DNA of 64,000 nt from Coraliomargarita sp. GTDB taxonomy: Bacteria > Verrucomicrobiota > Verrucomicrobiia > Opitutales > Coraliomargaritaceae. The first letter of the stretch is position 1. Every line of letters starts with the position of its first letter. The notes beneath the pieces are model-generated. The model searched no databases and had not been told where the DNA came from. It saw only the letters and a program-made list of their open reading frames with translations. Shown piece after piece: positions 21,802-31,718 of the stretch. The position numbers and the translations under genes were made by a program. The stretch lies in NCBI GenBank assembly GCA_965216325.1, contig OZ244160.1:864001-928000 (forward strand), given 5' to 3'.

Positions 21802-23106
21802 TTATTTACTGAACAAGTCGGCAAAGACGGCGGCTGCCTCGCGGAAGTTCAGGTGAATGTAGGAGGCATGTAGATTGGGGGCACGGTAGCCTTCCATGCG
21901 GCGCTTGCCGGAGGCGGCTTTTTCAACTTCCCAGAGGTTGGCGAGTTCCTCCTCGCGATCCCAACGGCTGTAGTGAAATTCATGGCCTCGAAAGGTGCCG
22001 AGTGAATGGTGCACGTGGGAGTAGCCGAAGTGCTGGAGCTGCTTGGTAAAGATGACTTTGCCGGGGATAATGCCACACATGGAGAAGGAGTCAGTCTCCG
22101 TTTGGATCGCCTCGCTGAGGAGCATGAGGCCGCCGCATTCGGCATAAATGGGGAGGCAGGCTTCGTGCTGTGAGCGGATGTCACGGAGCAGGCTGGTGTT
22201 GGTCGCCAGTTGTTGGGCGTAGACTTCGGGGAAGCCACCGCCGAGAATCAGACCGTGGATGTTGCCGGGGAGCTTTGAATCCTTTAGGGGGGAGAAGGGG
22301 ACGAGCTCGAAGCCGTTGGCCTCGAGCATCTCGAGTGAGTCGCGGTAGTAGAAATGAAAGGCTTCGTCGTGGGCGATGGCGAGGCGGCGTGGCTGTTCGG
22401 TCACCTGGGCGGGCGCGTCAAGTCGCGCCCCTACAATTGCTGGAACCCCAACCAGCTCGATGAGCCCATCTAGGTCGAGTTGTGCTTCTGCGATGGAGGC
22501 GAGGGCTTGGCGGCTAGGGAGTTCGAATTCAATGCCGGGGCGCAGGCCGAGGTGGCGTTCAGGCCAGTTGAGTTGTTCGTCGATATGGATGCCGCCAAAG
22601 ACTTTGATGCCCTCACTCTCGTAGGCAGTGCGCAGATACTGCTCATGGCCAGCCGAACGAAGCTTGTTGAAAATGACCCCTGCGACTCTTGCGGGTTGGG
22701 CCTCGGCGATGAATCCTTTGACGGCTGCATAGCTGGAACGGTTGGCACGACTCGCGTCGATGACGAGTACGATGGGCCAGTCCAGCATGCGGGCGAGCTC
22801 GACGGTGCTGCCTTGGTCGGAGTCGGGCTTCACGCCTTCGAACAGACCATCCATGCCTTCGAGTATCCCGATACCTGTGGATTGCTCAGCGAGTCGGACG
22901 ATCTCGTCCTGCGGCATCATAAACAGGTCGAGGTTGTAGGGCTCCTCGGTGCTGTAGGCCCGATGGAAGCCTGGGTCGATATAGTCGGGGCCCGTCTTGT
23001 AGGGCTGATGTGCAATGCCGCGCTCGCTCAGTCCTGCGAGTAGAATGCTGGTAACTGCAGTTTTACCCGAGCTGCCGTTGAAGGCTGAAATGACGAGGCC
23101 GCTCAT
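21802..23106 (-). CDS. cobB: cobyrinate a,c-diamide synthase (CobB/CbiA)
   Basis: [42 protein letters not shown]. Start reassigned to MSGLVIS at 23106. Confidence 0.9.
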   Translation of the reverse strand: MSGLVISAFNGSSGKTAVTSILLAGLSERGIAHQPYKTGPDYIDPGFHRAYSTEEPYNLDLFMMPQDEIVRLAEQSTGIGILEGMDGLFEGVKPDSDQGSTVELARMLDWPIVLVIDASRANRSSYAAVKGFIAEAQPARVAGVIFNKLRSAGHEQYLRTAYESEGIKVFGGIHIDEQLNWPERHLGLRPGIEFELPSRQALASIAEAQLDLDGLIELVGVPAIVGARLDAPAQVTEQPRRLAIAHDEAFHFYYRDSLEMLEANGFELVPFSPLKDSKLPGNIHGLILGGGFPEVYAQQLATNTSLLRDIRSQHEACLPIYAECGGLMLLSEAIQTETDSFSMCGIIPGKVIFTKQLQHFGYSHVHHSLGTFRGHEFHYSRWDREEELANLWEVEKAASGKRRMEGYRAPNLHASYIHLNFREAAAVFADLFSK

Positions 23107-23112
23107 TCTTGG

Positions 23113-23175
23113 TGGAGGGCAACGCTCCGTCGTTGCCATTCTATAGTGGTGGCAACGACGGAGCGTTGCCCTCCA
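23113..23175. repeat. GGAG-headed REP doublet, perfect 26-bp inverted repeat
   Basis: TGGAGGGCAACGCTCCGTCGTTGCCA-11 nt-TGGCAACGACGGAGCGTTGCCCTCCA. Confidence 0.9.
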
Positions 23176-23190
23176 GTTTTCATCTCTAAT

Positions 23191-23922
23191 TTAAGCATGC
23201 GCTCGTTTGGTAATAAAGTCCGCGAGATACTTGAGTCCGTTGGCGGTTTTGGATCCGTGCCAACAGACTTGCTCGCCGTCGATGAGTTGTGCCTCGTATC
23301 CGAATTGTTGATACTCTTTGAGGTGCTTCTCTTTGAACGGGTAGGGCTCGGTGCTGAGCAGTGCGAGGTCGGCTTTGCCCTCAAAGGATTCCGGCATGAG
23401 CGGGTAGCGCTCCTCGCTGAAGTCAGCAGCTAGGTTGAAGCCGCCGGCTGCTTTCAGCATGGCTGCAATGTAGGTTCCATTGTTCGCGACGCGTTGGCGC
23501 GGGTGGTGCCAGATGAAATACAGATAGCTGAATGGGTGGGCTACCGCACGTAGCTCTCCGAGCGCGGTATCAATCTCGGCTGCGATGCTTTCGGCCTTGT
23601 CGCTGGCCTTGAAGACTTCACCAAGATCGAGGACGAATTGCTTCGACTCTTCAATGGTAACGGGTGTGTGGACGACGGTCTCGCAGATGTCTTCGGCGAT
23701 GCTGCGTTGAGTGTGGTCGTTCTCCTCTAGATTGAACAGGATGTGGGTGGGCGCGAGCGATTCGATGGCATCCCAGTCCGGATCTTTGGTGCCGCCGACT
23801 GTGGGGATGGCGCCGGTGGGATTTGCACAGTAACGGGTGCGGCCGACGATGAAATCGCCTAGGTCGAGATCAAACAGCGTGAGCGTGGTGGAGGGACAGA
23901 GGGAAACAATTCGGTAAGACAT
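23191..23922 (-). CDS. BtuF-like helical-backbone metal/cobalamin-binding protein
   Basis: RIVSLCPS, VGRTRYC, VGGTKDP, STEPYPF, SWHG-like CWHGS. Confidence 0.85.
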   Translation of the reverse strand: MSYRIVSLCPSTTLTLFDLDLGDFIVGRTRYCANPTGAIPTVGGTKDPDWDAIESLAPTHILFNLEENDHTQRSIAEDICETVVHTPVTIEESKQFVLDLGEVFKASDKAESIAAEIDTALGELRAVAHPFSYLYFIWHHPRQRVANNGTYIAAMLKAAGGFNLAADFSEERYPLMPESFEGKADLALLSTEPYPFKEKHLKEYQQFGYEAQLIDGEQVCWHGSKTANGLKYLADFITKRAHA

Positions 23923-23930
23923 TTTTTGAA

Positions 23931-23963
23931 AAAGTAGAAGCGGAAGGACGCCGCTTCTACTTT
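23931..23963. repeat. GTAG...CTAC hairpin (REP-like, possibly a terminator)
   Basis: AAAGTAGAAGCGG-AAGGACG-CCGCTTCTACTTT. Confidence 0.65.
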
Positions 23964-23967
23964 AGGT

Positions 23968-24894
23968 TCATGGTTGGAGTGCCCATTCGATAATTCGATA
24001 GATCGGGGCGAACTGCAGAATCTCGTTGTGTTCGCCGCGAATTGCGACCCGGTAGCCGAAGTGCGGCGTGTCATAAGCGACGACGCCAAACTGTTCATCG
24101 ACACAGGACATCCATTCGGAGAAGGGAATGGCGGAGGAGAGTTCAATAAAGCCGATGCCGCCCGAGTCGGTCATGGAGCCGGCTTTGGCGAGGCTGGGTG
24201 TTTCATCCGCATTGATATCGACGGCACCAATGACGCCCCAGTCTTTATAGCCTCGTTCGATCTTGCTTAGCCAGTCGGCGTTGAGCTGGACGATGAAGTC
24301 GCTGCCTTTGCGCAGATCTTTGAGTTGGCCGACGATGGACACGGAAGTCTTCACGCCTTCGTTGGGGGCAGCGACCGTGACGATCTTATGCACGGAGTTC
24401 CAGCAGGTTTCGTCGAGCGACATGTAGGCGCGTGCCACCAGCCCGCCCATGCTGTGGCTGATGAGAACTACCTTTTCGCTGCCGCTGATATTTTTGACGA
24501 CAGTGATGATCTCGCGCAGTCGCTCGGCATAGGTGCTGAGGTTGCCTTGGAAGGCTTCTTTAACTGGTGTGTCGTGGTAGTAGGAAACGTTCCAGATCCA
24601 GTTGGTGGTCGTCGGAGGAATGCCGTTGTAATTGTTGAACAGCTCCCCGTCGTTGTTGAAGCGCATGCTGAAGTGCGTGCCACCGGAGATATTGGTGACC
24701 GTTTTATCCCAATCGCTGAAGCCTCCCGCGATGCCGTGCACAAAGACGATGGGATACTCAACTGTTTGCTCCTCCGCGAAAACCATCTGCCAGTAGTCCG
24801 TGGAACTAATGTCAGGATTGCGGGGGTCGGCACTCGCGGACGCACAGAGTGCCAGCGTGATGATGAGGCTAAGGATACGTGAGAAATGGTTCAT
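23968..24894 (-). CDS. secreted alpha/beta hydrolase (lipase/PGAP1-like)
   Basis: Signal peptide; PIVFVHG; SHSMGG nucleophile elbow. Confidence 0.85.
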   Translation of the reverse strand: MNHFSRILSLIITLALCASASADPRNPDISSTDYWQMVFAEEQTVEYPIVFVHGIAGGFSDWDKTVTNISGGTHFSMRFNNDGELFNNYNGIPPTTTNWIWNVSYYHDTPVKEAFQGNLSTYAERLREIITVVKNISGSEKVVLISHSMGGLVARAYMSLDETCWNSVHKIVTVAAPNEGVKTSVSIVGQLKDLRKGSDFIVQLNADWLSKIERGYKDWGVIGAVDINADETPSLAKAGSMTDSGGIGFIELSSAIPFSEWMSCVDEQFGVVAYDTPHFGYRVAIRGEHNEILQFAPIYRIIEWALQP

Positions 24895-24915
24895 GGAGAG
24901 CTACCTAAGAATTCC

Positions 24916-24990
24916 GTAGGGGCTCTGCTTGCGAAGCCCGCAGTCGGGAATGCGACTCTGATGGGCGGGCTCCGCAAGCAGAGCCCCTAC
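24916..24990. repeat. REP doublet, GTAGGG family
   Basis: GTAGGGGCTCTGCTTGCGAAGCCCG ... CGGGCTCCGCAAGCAGAGCCCCTAC. Confidence 0.9.
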
Positions 24991-25026
24991 GTTTAGGTCT
25001 AGAGTATGCCAATGAAGAAGCAAGTT

Positions 25027-25740
25027 CTAGCGTTTATTCAGCCAGTCCGCAGATTGAAAGCGTTCGCGCTCATGTTGGATGCGTGGGCCATCGAAGAGGG
25101 CGCGGAGGTCGTCGCTGTGACCAACCTGAATGTTCAATGCGTTTGCGAGTTGATCCGGAAGCTCTGTGCCGAAGCGGTTGAAATCAAAGGCGTCGGGCAG
25201 TGCGGCACGGTCAATTGAGCCCTGAATGAGCAGACCGGCACGGGTGCGTTTCATCGCGGCTCCGGCGATCTTCATACCGTCGATGTTGAGCACATCGTTG
25301 GCGACCGGTTGAACGAAGCATTGTTCGGGGCCTTCGATGGCCGGGGGGAGTTCACCGCATGCTTTGGGGCAGGGCGCCAGTTGGCTTTCAACCTGTTGCA
25401 GAGTGAGTGTTGTTTGGATTGCTGTGTGTAGCTTCAGGTAGAGATCAATCGCGGGTTCGGCTGCGATGGGCACTTCGGCGTTAATCACCAGCGTATAGGT
25501 CCAGTCGTTGCGGTGATCGACAATGCCGCCTCCGGTGAGGCGGCGGCAGAGCGTCAGATCCGCATCGACGGTGTTTCGAACTTCCTCGATGTGCTGCGTG
25601 TAGCCAAAGGTAATAGCTGGTTCACTCCAGCCGTAGTGGCGTAAGACGGCGATGCCTGAGGGAGTCGAATCGAGCAGACTTGCATCGATTGCCATGTTAG
25701 TGGCGGCGTCGCCGTAGGCATTGGGAAGCGTGAGGAGCAT
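25027..25740 (-). CDS. lipoate-protein ligase / octanoyltransferase family
   Basis: NMAID, RRLTGGG, KIAGAA. Confidence 0.9.
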   Translation of the reverse strand: MLLTLPNAYGDAATNMAIDASLLDSTPSGIAVLRHYGWSEPAITFGYTQHIEEVRNTVDADLTLCRRLTGGGIVDHRNDWTYTLVINAEVPIAAEPAIDLYLKLHTAIQTTLTLQQVESQLAPCPKACGELPPAIEGPEQCFVQPVANDVLNIDGMKIAGAAMKRTRAGLLIQGSIDRAALPDAFDFNRFGTELPDQLANALNIQVGHSDDLRALFDGPRIQHERERFQSADWLNKR

Positions 25741-25794
25741 GGGGACGTTGAAGTTTCGTGCGCAATTCTACTTCGCTTAATTTCGATTTCATCA

Positions 25795-25883
25795 GGTAGC
25801 GCAGCACCGTCCTCGGTGCGCACTAGGTTGTGCCAGTTGTATTTAGTGGCTTAAATGCGGTGCGAGGACGCACCTACGCTACC
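25795..25883. repeat. REP doublet, GGTAGCG family
   Basis: GGTAGCGCAGCACCGTCCTCGGTGC ... GGTGCGAGGACGCACCTACGCTACC. Confidence 0.7.
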
Positions 25884-25900
25884 AATATAACGAAGTCGAT

Positions 25901-26806
25901 TCATCCGCGCAGCGGTTCGATGTGGGTGAGTTCGTCGAGTTGTTGCTCGAAATTAATCGGCTGGGCCTTCAGCTTGCCGACGATGGGATCGAGGTTGAAG
26001 GTCAGGTTGCTTGGGCGGTTGGCGAAGTCCGGATCGTCACTCTTGCATACCGATTCGATACTGTCGAGTGGCAGGCCGAAATGCTGGAGGATGCGCTGGC
26101 CCATTTCGAAGCGGCTGACGGTTTCGCTGCCGGCCCAGTGAAAGATGCCGTGGAGGTCGCGACGCTCGCTGAGTTCCAACAGGACTTCGGCGACGTTGCC
26201 CACAGTGGTGGGTTGACGATATTCATCGCAGAAGAGTTTTAACTTCTCGCCGGCTTTGATGGCGGCGATCAATTTCTCATGCGGGCTACGCTGTCCGCTA
26301 GGGCTGCGGCCCATGAGGATCGGGATACGCAATACGACGGGATCTTCGGTGTTGTGTTCCAAGACTTCGCGCTCGGCCATGAGTTTGGTTTGGCCATAGA
26401 GATTGGTGGGGCAGGGCATGTCGGTGGAGCGATACGGCTCCTCGCTGTGTCCATCGAAGACCATGTCGGTTGAAACATGCAGAAAGCGTGCTCCCAGGTG
26501 TGTGGAAATTTGTGCTAAGTGGCGGGGCAGTGCGACGTTGATCTTCTCGGCGAGCTCCGGGTTGGCGTCGACTGTTGCTGGATTGGAGAGCGCGGCACAG
26601 TTGACGATGACGTCCGGCCAAATTTCGAGGCAGAGCGAGGTGATGCGGTCGAGTTCGGTGCCGTCGATCAGTTCGGTGCGTGCAACACCCTGCGCGACAA
26701 CGGGATTGGATTTTGACAGGGCGATGACCTCGTGGCCACGGCGCACAGCGGCTTCGGCGTAGGCATTGCCGAGAAAACCAGAGGCTCCAGTGAGTAGAAT
26801 TTTCAT
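25901..26806 (-). CDS. RmlD-like extended SDR (dTDP-4-dehydrorhamnose reductase family)
   Basis: TGASGFLG, STDMVFDG, YGQTK. Confidence 0.88.
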   Translation of the reverse strand: MKILLTGASGFLGNAYAEAAVRRGHEVIALSKSNPVVAQGVARTELIDGTELDRITSLCLEIWPDVIVNCAALSNPATVDANPELAEKINVALPRHLAQISTHLGARFLHVSTDMVFDGHSEEPYRSTDMPCPTNLYGQTKLMAEREVLEHNTEDPVVLRIPILMGRSPSGQRSPHEKLIAAIKAGEKLKLFCDEYRQPTTVGNVAEVLLELSERRDLHGIFHWAGSETVSRFEMGQRILQHFGLPLDSIESVCKSDDPDFANRPSNLTFNLDPIVGKLKAQPINFEQQLDELTHIEPLRG

Positions 26807-26983
26807 AAATTTGGGAAACAGAGTTTTGTTGCAATCGCCCCTGTGCGAGGCAAGTTCAAAGCCAATCATGGAAGCAGTCAGAAGTCAGAAGACAGACGAC
26901 CGGAGTGCAACTGATGCTGTGAACGGCCGACGCGTTGTCGGCTAATTGCTAATGATGCGCGCCTAGTATCTTTCATCCCATCA

Positions 26984-28090
26984 ATGAACTACGCTGAACT
27001 TGCGAACTCTGGAGTGCTGGAGCAACCAGTCTACGAACCCGGAAAGCCGATTGAATATGTGGCTCGGGAATACGGCCTCGATCCCGATGCAATTGCCAAA
27101 CTGGCATCGAACGAAAACCCGTTTGGGCCTTCACCGAAAGCCGTGGCAGCAGGCACAGAAGCCCTGAAGCATGCGCAACTGTATCCAGACGGAGGCTGCC
27201 ATGATTTGCGTCAGGCGATTGCGAAGGAGCGCGGTATCGCGGAAGATGCGATTCTGATCGGCAATGGGTCGAACGAGCTGATCGAGCTGCTGGGACATGC
27301 CTTTTTGCGTCCTGGCGTGGAAGTGGTGATGGGCTCGCAGGCCTTCATCGTCTACAAGTTGGTAACGAAGCTGTTCGGCGCGACACCGGTGGAGGTGCCG
27401 ATGCAAGAATTTGGCCACGATCTGAAGGCGATGGCTGCTGCCGTGACCGATCAGACGCGTTTGGTATTTGTCGCTAGCCCGAATAACCCAACGGGTATCG
27501 CGAATACTGAAGCGGATCTGCTGGAGCTGGCGAACTCATTACCGGAGCACGTCATTCTTTGCTTGGACGAAGCCTATGCGGAGTATGTGGAGCAGGCACC
27601 GGATTTGCGCGCTGCGATTGCGGCAGGTCGCAAGGTTATCTGCATGCGGACATTCTCAAAGATCTATGGCCTCGGTGGCCTTCGCGTAGGCTATGCCTAT
27701 GGCGACCCTGAGTTGATTGCGCTCCTACACCGTGTGCGCCAACCCTTTAACGTGAATGCGGTAGCTCAGGCGGCGGCGACGGCAGCGATTACTGATCATG
27801 AGTTCGTGGCGATGTGCCGCCGCGAGAATGAGGCCGGACGCAAGCAGCTCTGTGAAGGGCTCGCGGAACTGGGTATCGAAACCTATGGCGGCGAGGCGAA
27901 CTTCGTGCTGAGCCGTGTCGGCGATGGCGTTGGTATTTTCGAGGCGCTCCAGTCTCGTGGTGTGATTGTGCGTCCCTTGGCTCCGTATGGCATGGCCGAC
28001 TTCGTGCGCATTACGATTGGCACCGCTGAGGAAAATGCGCGTCTGCTGAGCTTGATGAGTGAGTTGGTAGTGGAAGGAGGCCGTGCTTAG
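26984..28090 (+). CDS. hisC: histidinol-phosphate aminotransferase
   Basis: KLASNENP, NNPTG, DEAY, RTFSKIYGLGGLRVGY. Confidence 0.95.
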   Translation: MNYAELANSGVLEQPVYEPGKPIEYVAREYGLDPDAIAKLASNENPFGPSPKAVAAGTEALKHAQLYPDGGCHDLRQAIAKERGIAEDAILIGNGSNELIELLGHAFLRPGVEVVMGSQAFIVYKLVTKLFGATPVEVPMQEFGHDLKAMAAAVTDQTRLVFVASPNNPTGIANTEADLLELANSLPEHVILCLDEAYAEYVEQAPDLRAAIAAGRKVICMRTFSKIYGLGGLRVGYAYGDPELIALLHRVRQPFNVNAVAQAAATAAITDHEFVAMCRRENEAGRKQLCEGLAELGIETYGGEANFVLSRVGDGVGIFEALQSRGVIVRPLAPYGMADFVRITIGTAEENARLLSLMSELVVEGGRA

Positions 28091-28097
28091 GCCAGTA

Positions 28098-29393
28098 ATG
28101 AATCCTGCTCTAATTACACTTCTAATCTCTCTCTTCTCAGTCATTGTGGTGCTCTTGCTCCACGCGTATCTGGTGATGGCTGAAATCAGTCTCGTCAAAA
28201 TCCGCTATGGCGAGGTGAGCGATGACGCCATTGATCAGCTGAAGACGCGCAAGGGCATTGCGCGTTTGATGGACGAGAGTGACATGACGGGGCGTCTCGT
28301 GCGCTTTAGTAAAACGCTGTGCACGGTTGGGGTTGGCTTGTTCTTGATTCCGCTGGTGTGGGATGCTTTTGCCTTGATCGGGCCGGAGCTCGCTCCTGAG
28401 CGGTGGTTGATTGTGGCGATTGCGTTTAGTTTTGCGGTGCTGGTACACTTCTTCTTTGCGGAAATTTTCCCGCGTGGCCTCGCGATGCGCGATCCGGTCT
28501 TGGGGATTCAGCGATCCTACCGAGTCTTGTGGGCTTTTCATATTTTGACCTATCCGGCGATGTGGTTTTTCCGCCGGGTCAAGGAGGCGCTCTATCGCCG
28601 CTTGGGCGTCGATGTCGACGATGAGCTCAATCCATTGGATGTGGATGTGCAGATTCGGGCAATGGGCGAGGAGACCTTTAACATGTCCCCAGTGGTCAAG
28701 AAGATCGTGGATCGCACGATACAGATGCAGGACTTGGTGGTCAGTGATGTGCTGCTACCACGCAATCAGGTGGTGTATTGCGATCTGGAAGCTGATTTTA
28801 AGGATAATCTGGAGCGTATGAAGACTGCAGGTCATACACGTTATCCGCTGTGTCGTGGTAGCTTGGATGACTGTGTTGGTATCCTGCATATTAAGGATAT
28901 TTTCCGCTTGAGGGAGAAGGTGGCTACGATCGACCCGAAGGATTTGAAGCGCACAATTGCGGTGTTCGAGATCGAAACGCCTCTCGAGGAAGTGCTGCAG
29001 CGCATGCTTCGCGCGAAGTTCCACATGGCCCTGGTGAAGGACGACTTTGGCGGAATCGTTGGTGTGGTGACACTCGAAAGCATTCTTGAGGAACTTGTCG
29101 GTGATATTCAGGACGAGTTTGATAGCGAAGAAGAGCAGGTGGTTGCCTTACGTGAACCGGATACTTTCCGGATTACTGGACTCACTCCGATCCACGATAT
29201 TGAAGAGAAGCTCGACATCGAAATCGATAACGACGAAGTCTCCACCATCGGTGGTCTGGTGACTGGTGAACTCGGACGTATCCCGCGCAAGGGAGAATCG
29301 CTGACTGCTTATGGTATGCGCATCACGGTCATCGAGGTGGATGAGCGCCGAGTCATCTCGGTTCGCGTTAAGAAGGAGACGGACGATCGCTAG
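28098..29393 (+). CDS. hemolysin/CNNM-CBS-CorC domain protein
   Basis: N-terminal TMs, HTRYP, LEELVGDIQDEFD. Confidence 0.92.
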   Translation: MNPALITLLISLFSVIVVLLLHAYLVMAEISLVKIRYGEVSDDAIDQLKTRKGIARLMDESDMTGRLVRFSKTLCTVGVGLFLIPLVWDAFALIGPELAPERWLIVAIAFSFAVLVHFFFAEIFPRGLAMRDPVLGIQRSYRVLWAFHILTYPAMWFFRRVKEALYRRLGVDVDDELNPLDVDVQIRAMGEETFNMSPVVKKIVDRTIQMQDLVVSDVLLPRNQVVYCDLEADFKDNLERMKTAGHTRYPLCRGSLDDCVGILHIKDIFRLREKVATIDPKDLKRTIAVFEIETPLEEVLQRMLRAKFHMALVKDDFGGIVGVVTLESILEELVGDIQDEFDSEEEQVVALREPDTFRITGLTPIHDIEEKLDIEIDNDEVSTIGGLVTGELGRIPRKGESLTAYGMRITVIEVDERRVISVRVKKETDDR

Positions 29394-30274
29394 TCCCAGC
29401 AGTGACTAGAGCCGACAGGCCTGAAGACGACGTTATAGCCGAGAGTCTTGCCAGTTCGGATGTCTACGATCTGACATTGGGCGTAGTTATCACCCTGATT
29501 ACGCTCAGCCTGCATCTTTAGATAATGATTGGCGACTAGCGCGGCTTCCTCTGCGTAGCTGATTCGTCCTTGCTGCTTCTTCCAGTGGAAAATCAATTTC
29601 TCTGGGCCAATCTCAATTTTGCAGTCTCCGTAATTCAGCAAGCACCAGCGCTCAAGTTCCTTAAGAAATTCTTCGTCGCTCATTGTATTCGTTCCTGCTG
29701 TCCTTGAAGAATGAATTGAATCAAGACCGGTCAGGATGTAGTTTGCTGCATGAGTGGATTCAAACCATGCGGCCAGATTTGTCTTTGAAACAGGGATCGA
29801 GAGCTGCTGGCCGCCAACTTTACCAATGATATTGGCAGGCGCTTCCAAGCCGCTAACCTGTATACTCTGCCCTTGGGTAAAGGTAATTTCTCCAAAAGTT
29901 TCGCCGTTATATACAATCTCCAACTCGATTTGTCCGGTTAGTTCCAGTTGTCGAGGCCAGAGCTCTTGTTTTTCTGTGAGCTCGGCAAATTGAATTTGGA
30001 CCGGATCGGGGATGATCGGCTCTGGCTCTGGCGCTGGTGCCATCACGATTGGCTCAGGCTCAGGCTCTGGAGCTACAACGATTGGTTCTGGAGTCGGTGC
30101 AGGCTCTTCAACGGGCGCCTGTTGGCTCTGGATGTAAAGATAGGCGCCTAGGCCGCCGACAAGCAGCAAAGTAATCAATACCGGCACCGCCGGCGATTGC
30201 TTCTTGGCTTTCGCGCTTGGTTTTTTTGTCGGAACTGCAGGTTCGGGTTGCTTGGGTTGCGTGTCTTCGGACAT
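29390..30274 (-). CDS. hypothetical single-TM protein with Pro/Glu linker
   Basis: Lys-rich N-terminus, one TM, PEPEP linker. Confidence 0.75.
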   Translation of the reverse strand: MSEDTQPKQPEPAVPTKKPSAKAKKQSPAVPVLITLLLVGGLGAYLYIQSQQAPVEEPAPTPEPIVVAPEPEPEPIVMAPAPEPEPIIPDPVQIQFAELTEKQELWPRQLELTGQIELEIVYNGETFGEITFTQGQSIQVSGLEAPANIIGKVGGQQLSIPVSKTNLAAWFESTHAANYILTGLDSIHSSRTAGTNTMSDEEFLKELERWCLLNYGDCKIEIGPEKLIFHWKKQQGRISYAEEAALVANHYLKMQAERNQGDNYAQCQIVDIRTGKTLGYNVVFRPVGSSHCWD

Positions 30275-30387
30275 GAGGAATATAGGATTGGTCCGAATGA
30301 ACTTGGTTCCACTTCAATTTAGGGCAAGCAAATCAAACGCCTGACTTTGTAAGAAAGGCGTTAATTTTATTCTGCTAATGGACTGGA

Positions 30388-30822
30388 TTAATCCAATGCT
30401 GCCAAATGTCTCAGGGCGGCGATATAGCCATCAAAGCCGAGTCCAGAGATGACTCCAATACAGGCTTCGGCAGTCATCGAATGTTGGCGAATGGGCTCGC
30501 GACTGTAGATGTTGCTAATGTGCACCTCAATGGTGGGCAGGTCGCTGCCAGCAATTGCATCTCGCAGGGCCAGACTCGTGTGGGTCAAGGCGCCCGGGTT
30601 GATGATCAGTCCAAAAACCTCTCCATCCGCATATTCGCCGATTTCGTCGATAATCAGCCCTTCGTGGTTAGACTGGTAAAAATCGACTGCCACGCCAAGC
30701 ACTTCAGCTTCCTCGGTCAGCAGGTTCTGGAGGTCGGTGAGCGTTTGATCGCCGTATATCGAAGGTTCGCGCTTACCGAGGCGGTCGAGATTCGGGCCGT
30801 TGAGGATGACGATGCGTTTCAT
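30388..30822 (-). CDS. aroQ: type II 3-dehydroquinate dehydratase
   Basis: NGPNL..LGKREP..YG, QSNHEG, EVHISN. Confidence 0.97.
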   Translation of the reverse strand: MKRIVILNGPNLDRLGKREPSIYGDQTLTDLQNLLTEEAEVLGVAVDFYQSNHEGLIIDEIGEYADGEVFGLIINPGALTHTSLALRDAIAGSDLPTIEVHISNIYSREPIRQHSMTAEACIGVISGLGFDGYIAALRHLAALD

Positions 30823-30875
30823 TTGAAAGAATTAAGGAGTAAGATTTTAATTTTAGGAATACTAAAATGCGGTGA

Positions 30876-31634
30876 TTAAATCAGGCAGGGTTGTTCGATG
30901 AAGGTCCACTCCAGCCCGAACTTTTCGGCCACCTCAGCCGCAAGTGCTTTGACGCCAAACACCTCGGTGGCGTAGTGGCCACAAGGGTAGAGGTTCAGTT
31001 CGAGCTCTTGGGCCATATTGAAATGGTGCTGGCGAAGTTCGCCGGTGATCAGGGTGTCGATGCCGTTGGCCTTGAGGTGAGGCACGGCGCTTTGACCGCT
31101 ACCGGTGAGGATTGCAATGCGCTTCGGCTGCTCGCTGCCGTATTCGATTGCTTGATAGGTGGCTGGAAATAGCTGCTGCAGCTTCTTGGCGAGTTCGGCG
31201 CGGCCTCCAGAGGGGCCTTCGGCGATGACTGCCATATTATTACCTTCGTAGCTGAGGAAGGTGTCGACTTTGTTCAGACCGAGTGCATCGGCCAGCAGGG
31301 CATTATTGCCGATCTCAGGGTGGCAGTCGAGCGGTAGGTGTGAGCCGTAGACTGCCAGATTGCCGTCGAGCGCAGTCTTGATTTTGGCATAATCGCTGCC
31401 GACTAGCGGGATGGGCTTGGTCCAAAACAGCCCGTGGTGGCAGATGATCAAATCGACGCCTGCGGCGACGGCCTGCTGGAAGGGGAGCGTGCCGGCGTCG
31501 ACTGCAGCGGCAATTTTACTGACTTCGCCGTTGTTCTCGACCTGTAGGCCGTTGTAGGCACCGTCGAAGTCTTTGACCTCCGACCGGCGAGTGCGTTCAT
31601 CACAGTAGGCGACAATGTCGGCAAGCTTGGGCAT
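30876..31634 (-). CDS. Nif3-like dinuclear metal centre protein
   Basis: NGLQV, HHGLFW, HLPLDCH, GHYATE. Confidence 0.93.
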   Translation of the reverse strand: MPKLADIVAYCDERTRRSEVKDFDGAYNGLQVENNGEVSKIAAAVDAGTLPFQQAVAAGVDLIICHHGLFWTKPIPLVGSDYAKIKTALDGNLAVYGSHLPLDCHPEIGNNALLADALGLNKVDTFLSYEGNNMAVIAEGPSGGRAELAKKLQQLFPATYQAIEYGSEQPKRIAILTGSGQSAVPHLKANGIDTLITGELRQHHFNMAQELELNLYPCGHYATEVFGVKALAAEVAEKFGLEWTFIEQPCLI

Positions 31635-31718
31635 GAGTGCACAGTGTAGGTGGAATCCGGCTCTGTGAAGCGAATATTTTTGTTGATTCTGGCGTAGGAC
31701 TGCAAACTTTCTGCCTCA

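Noticed and set aside
23107..23139. [12 protein letters not shown]-terminal extension of CobB and ORF 23146-23433
   Set aside because: Translation of the REP inverted repeat; homology starts at Met 23106
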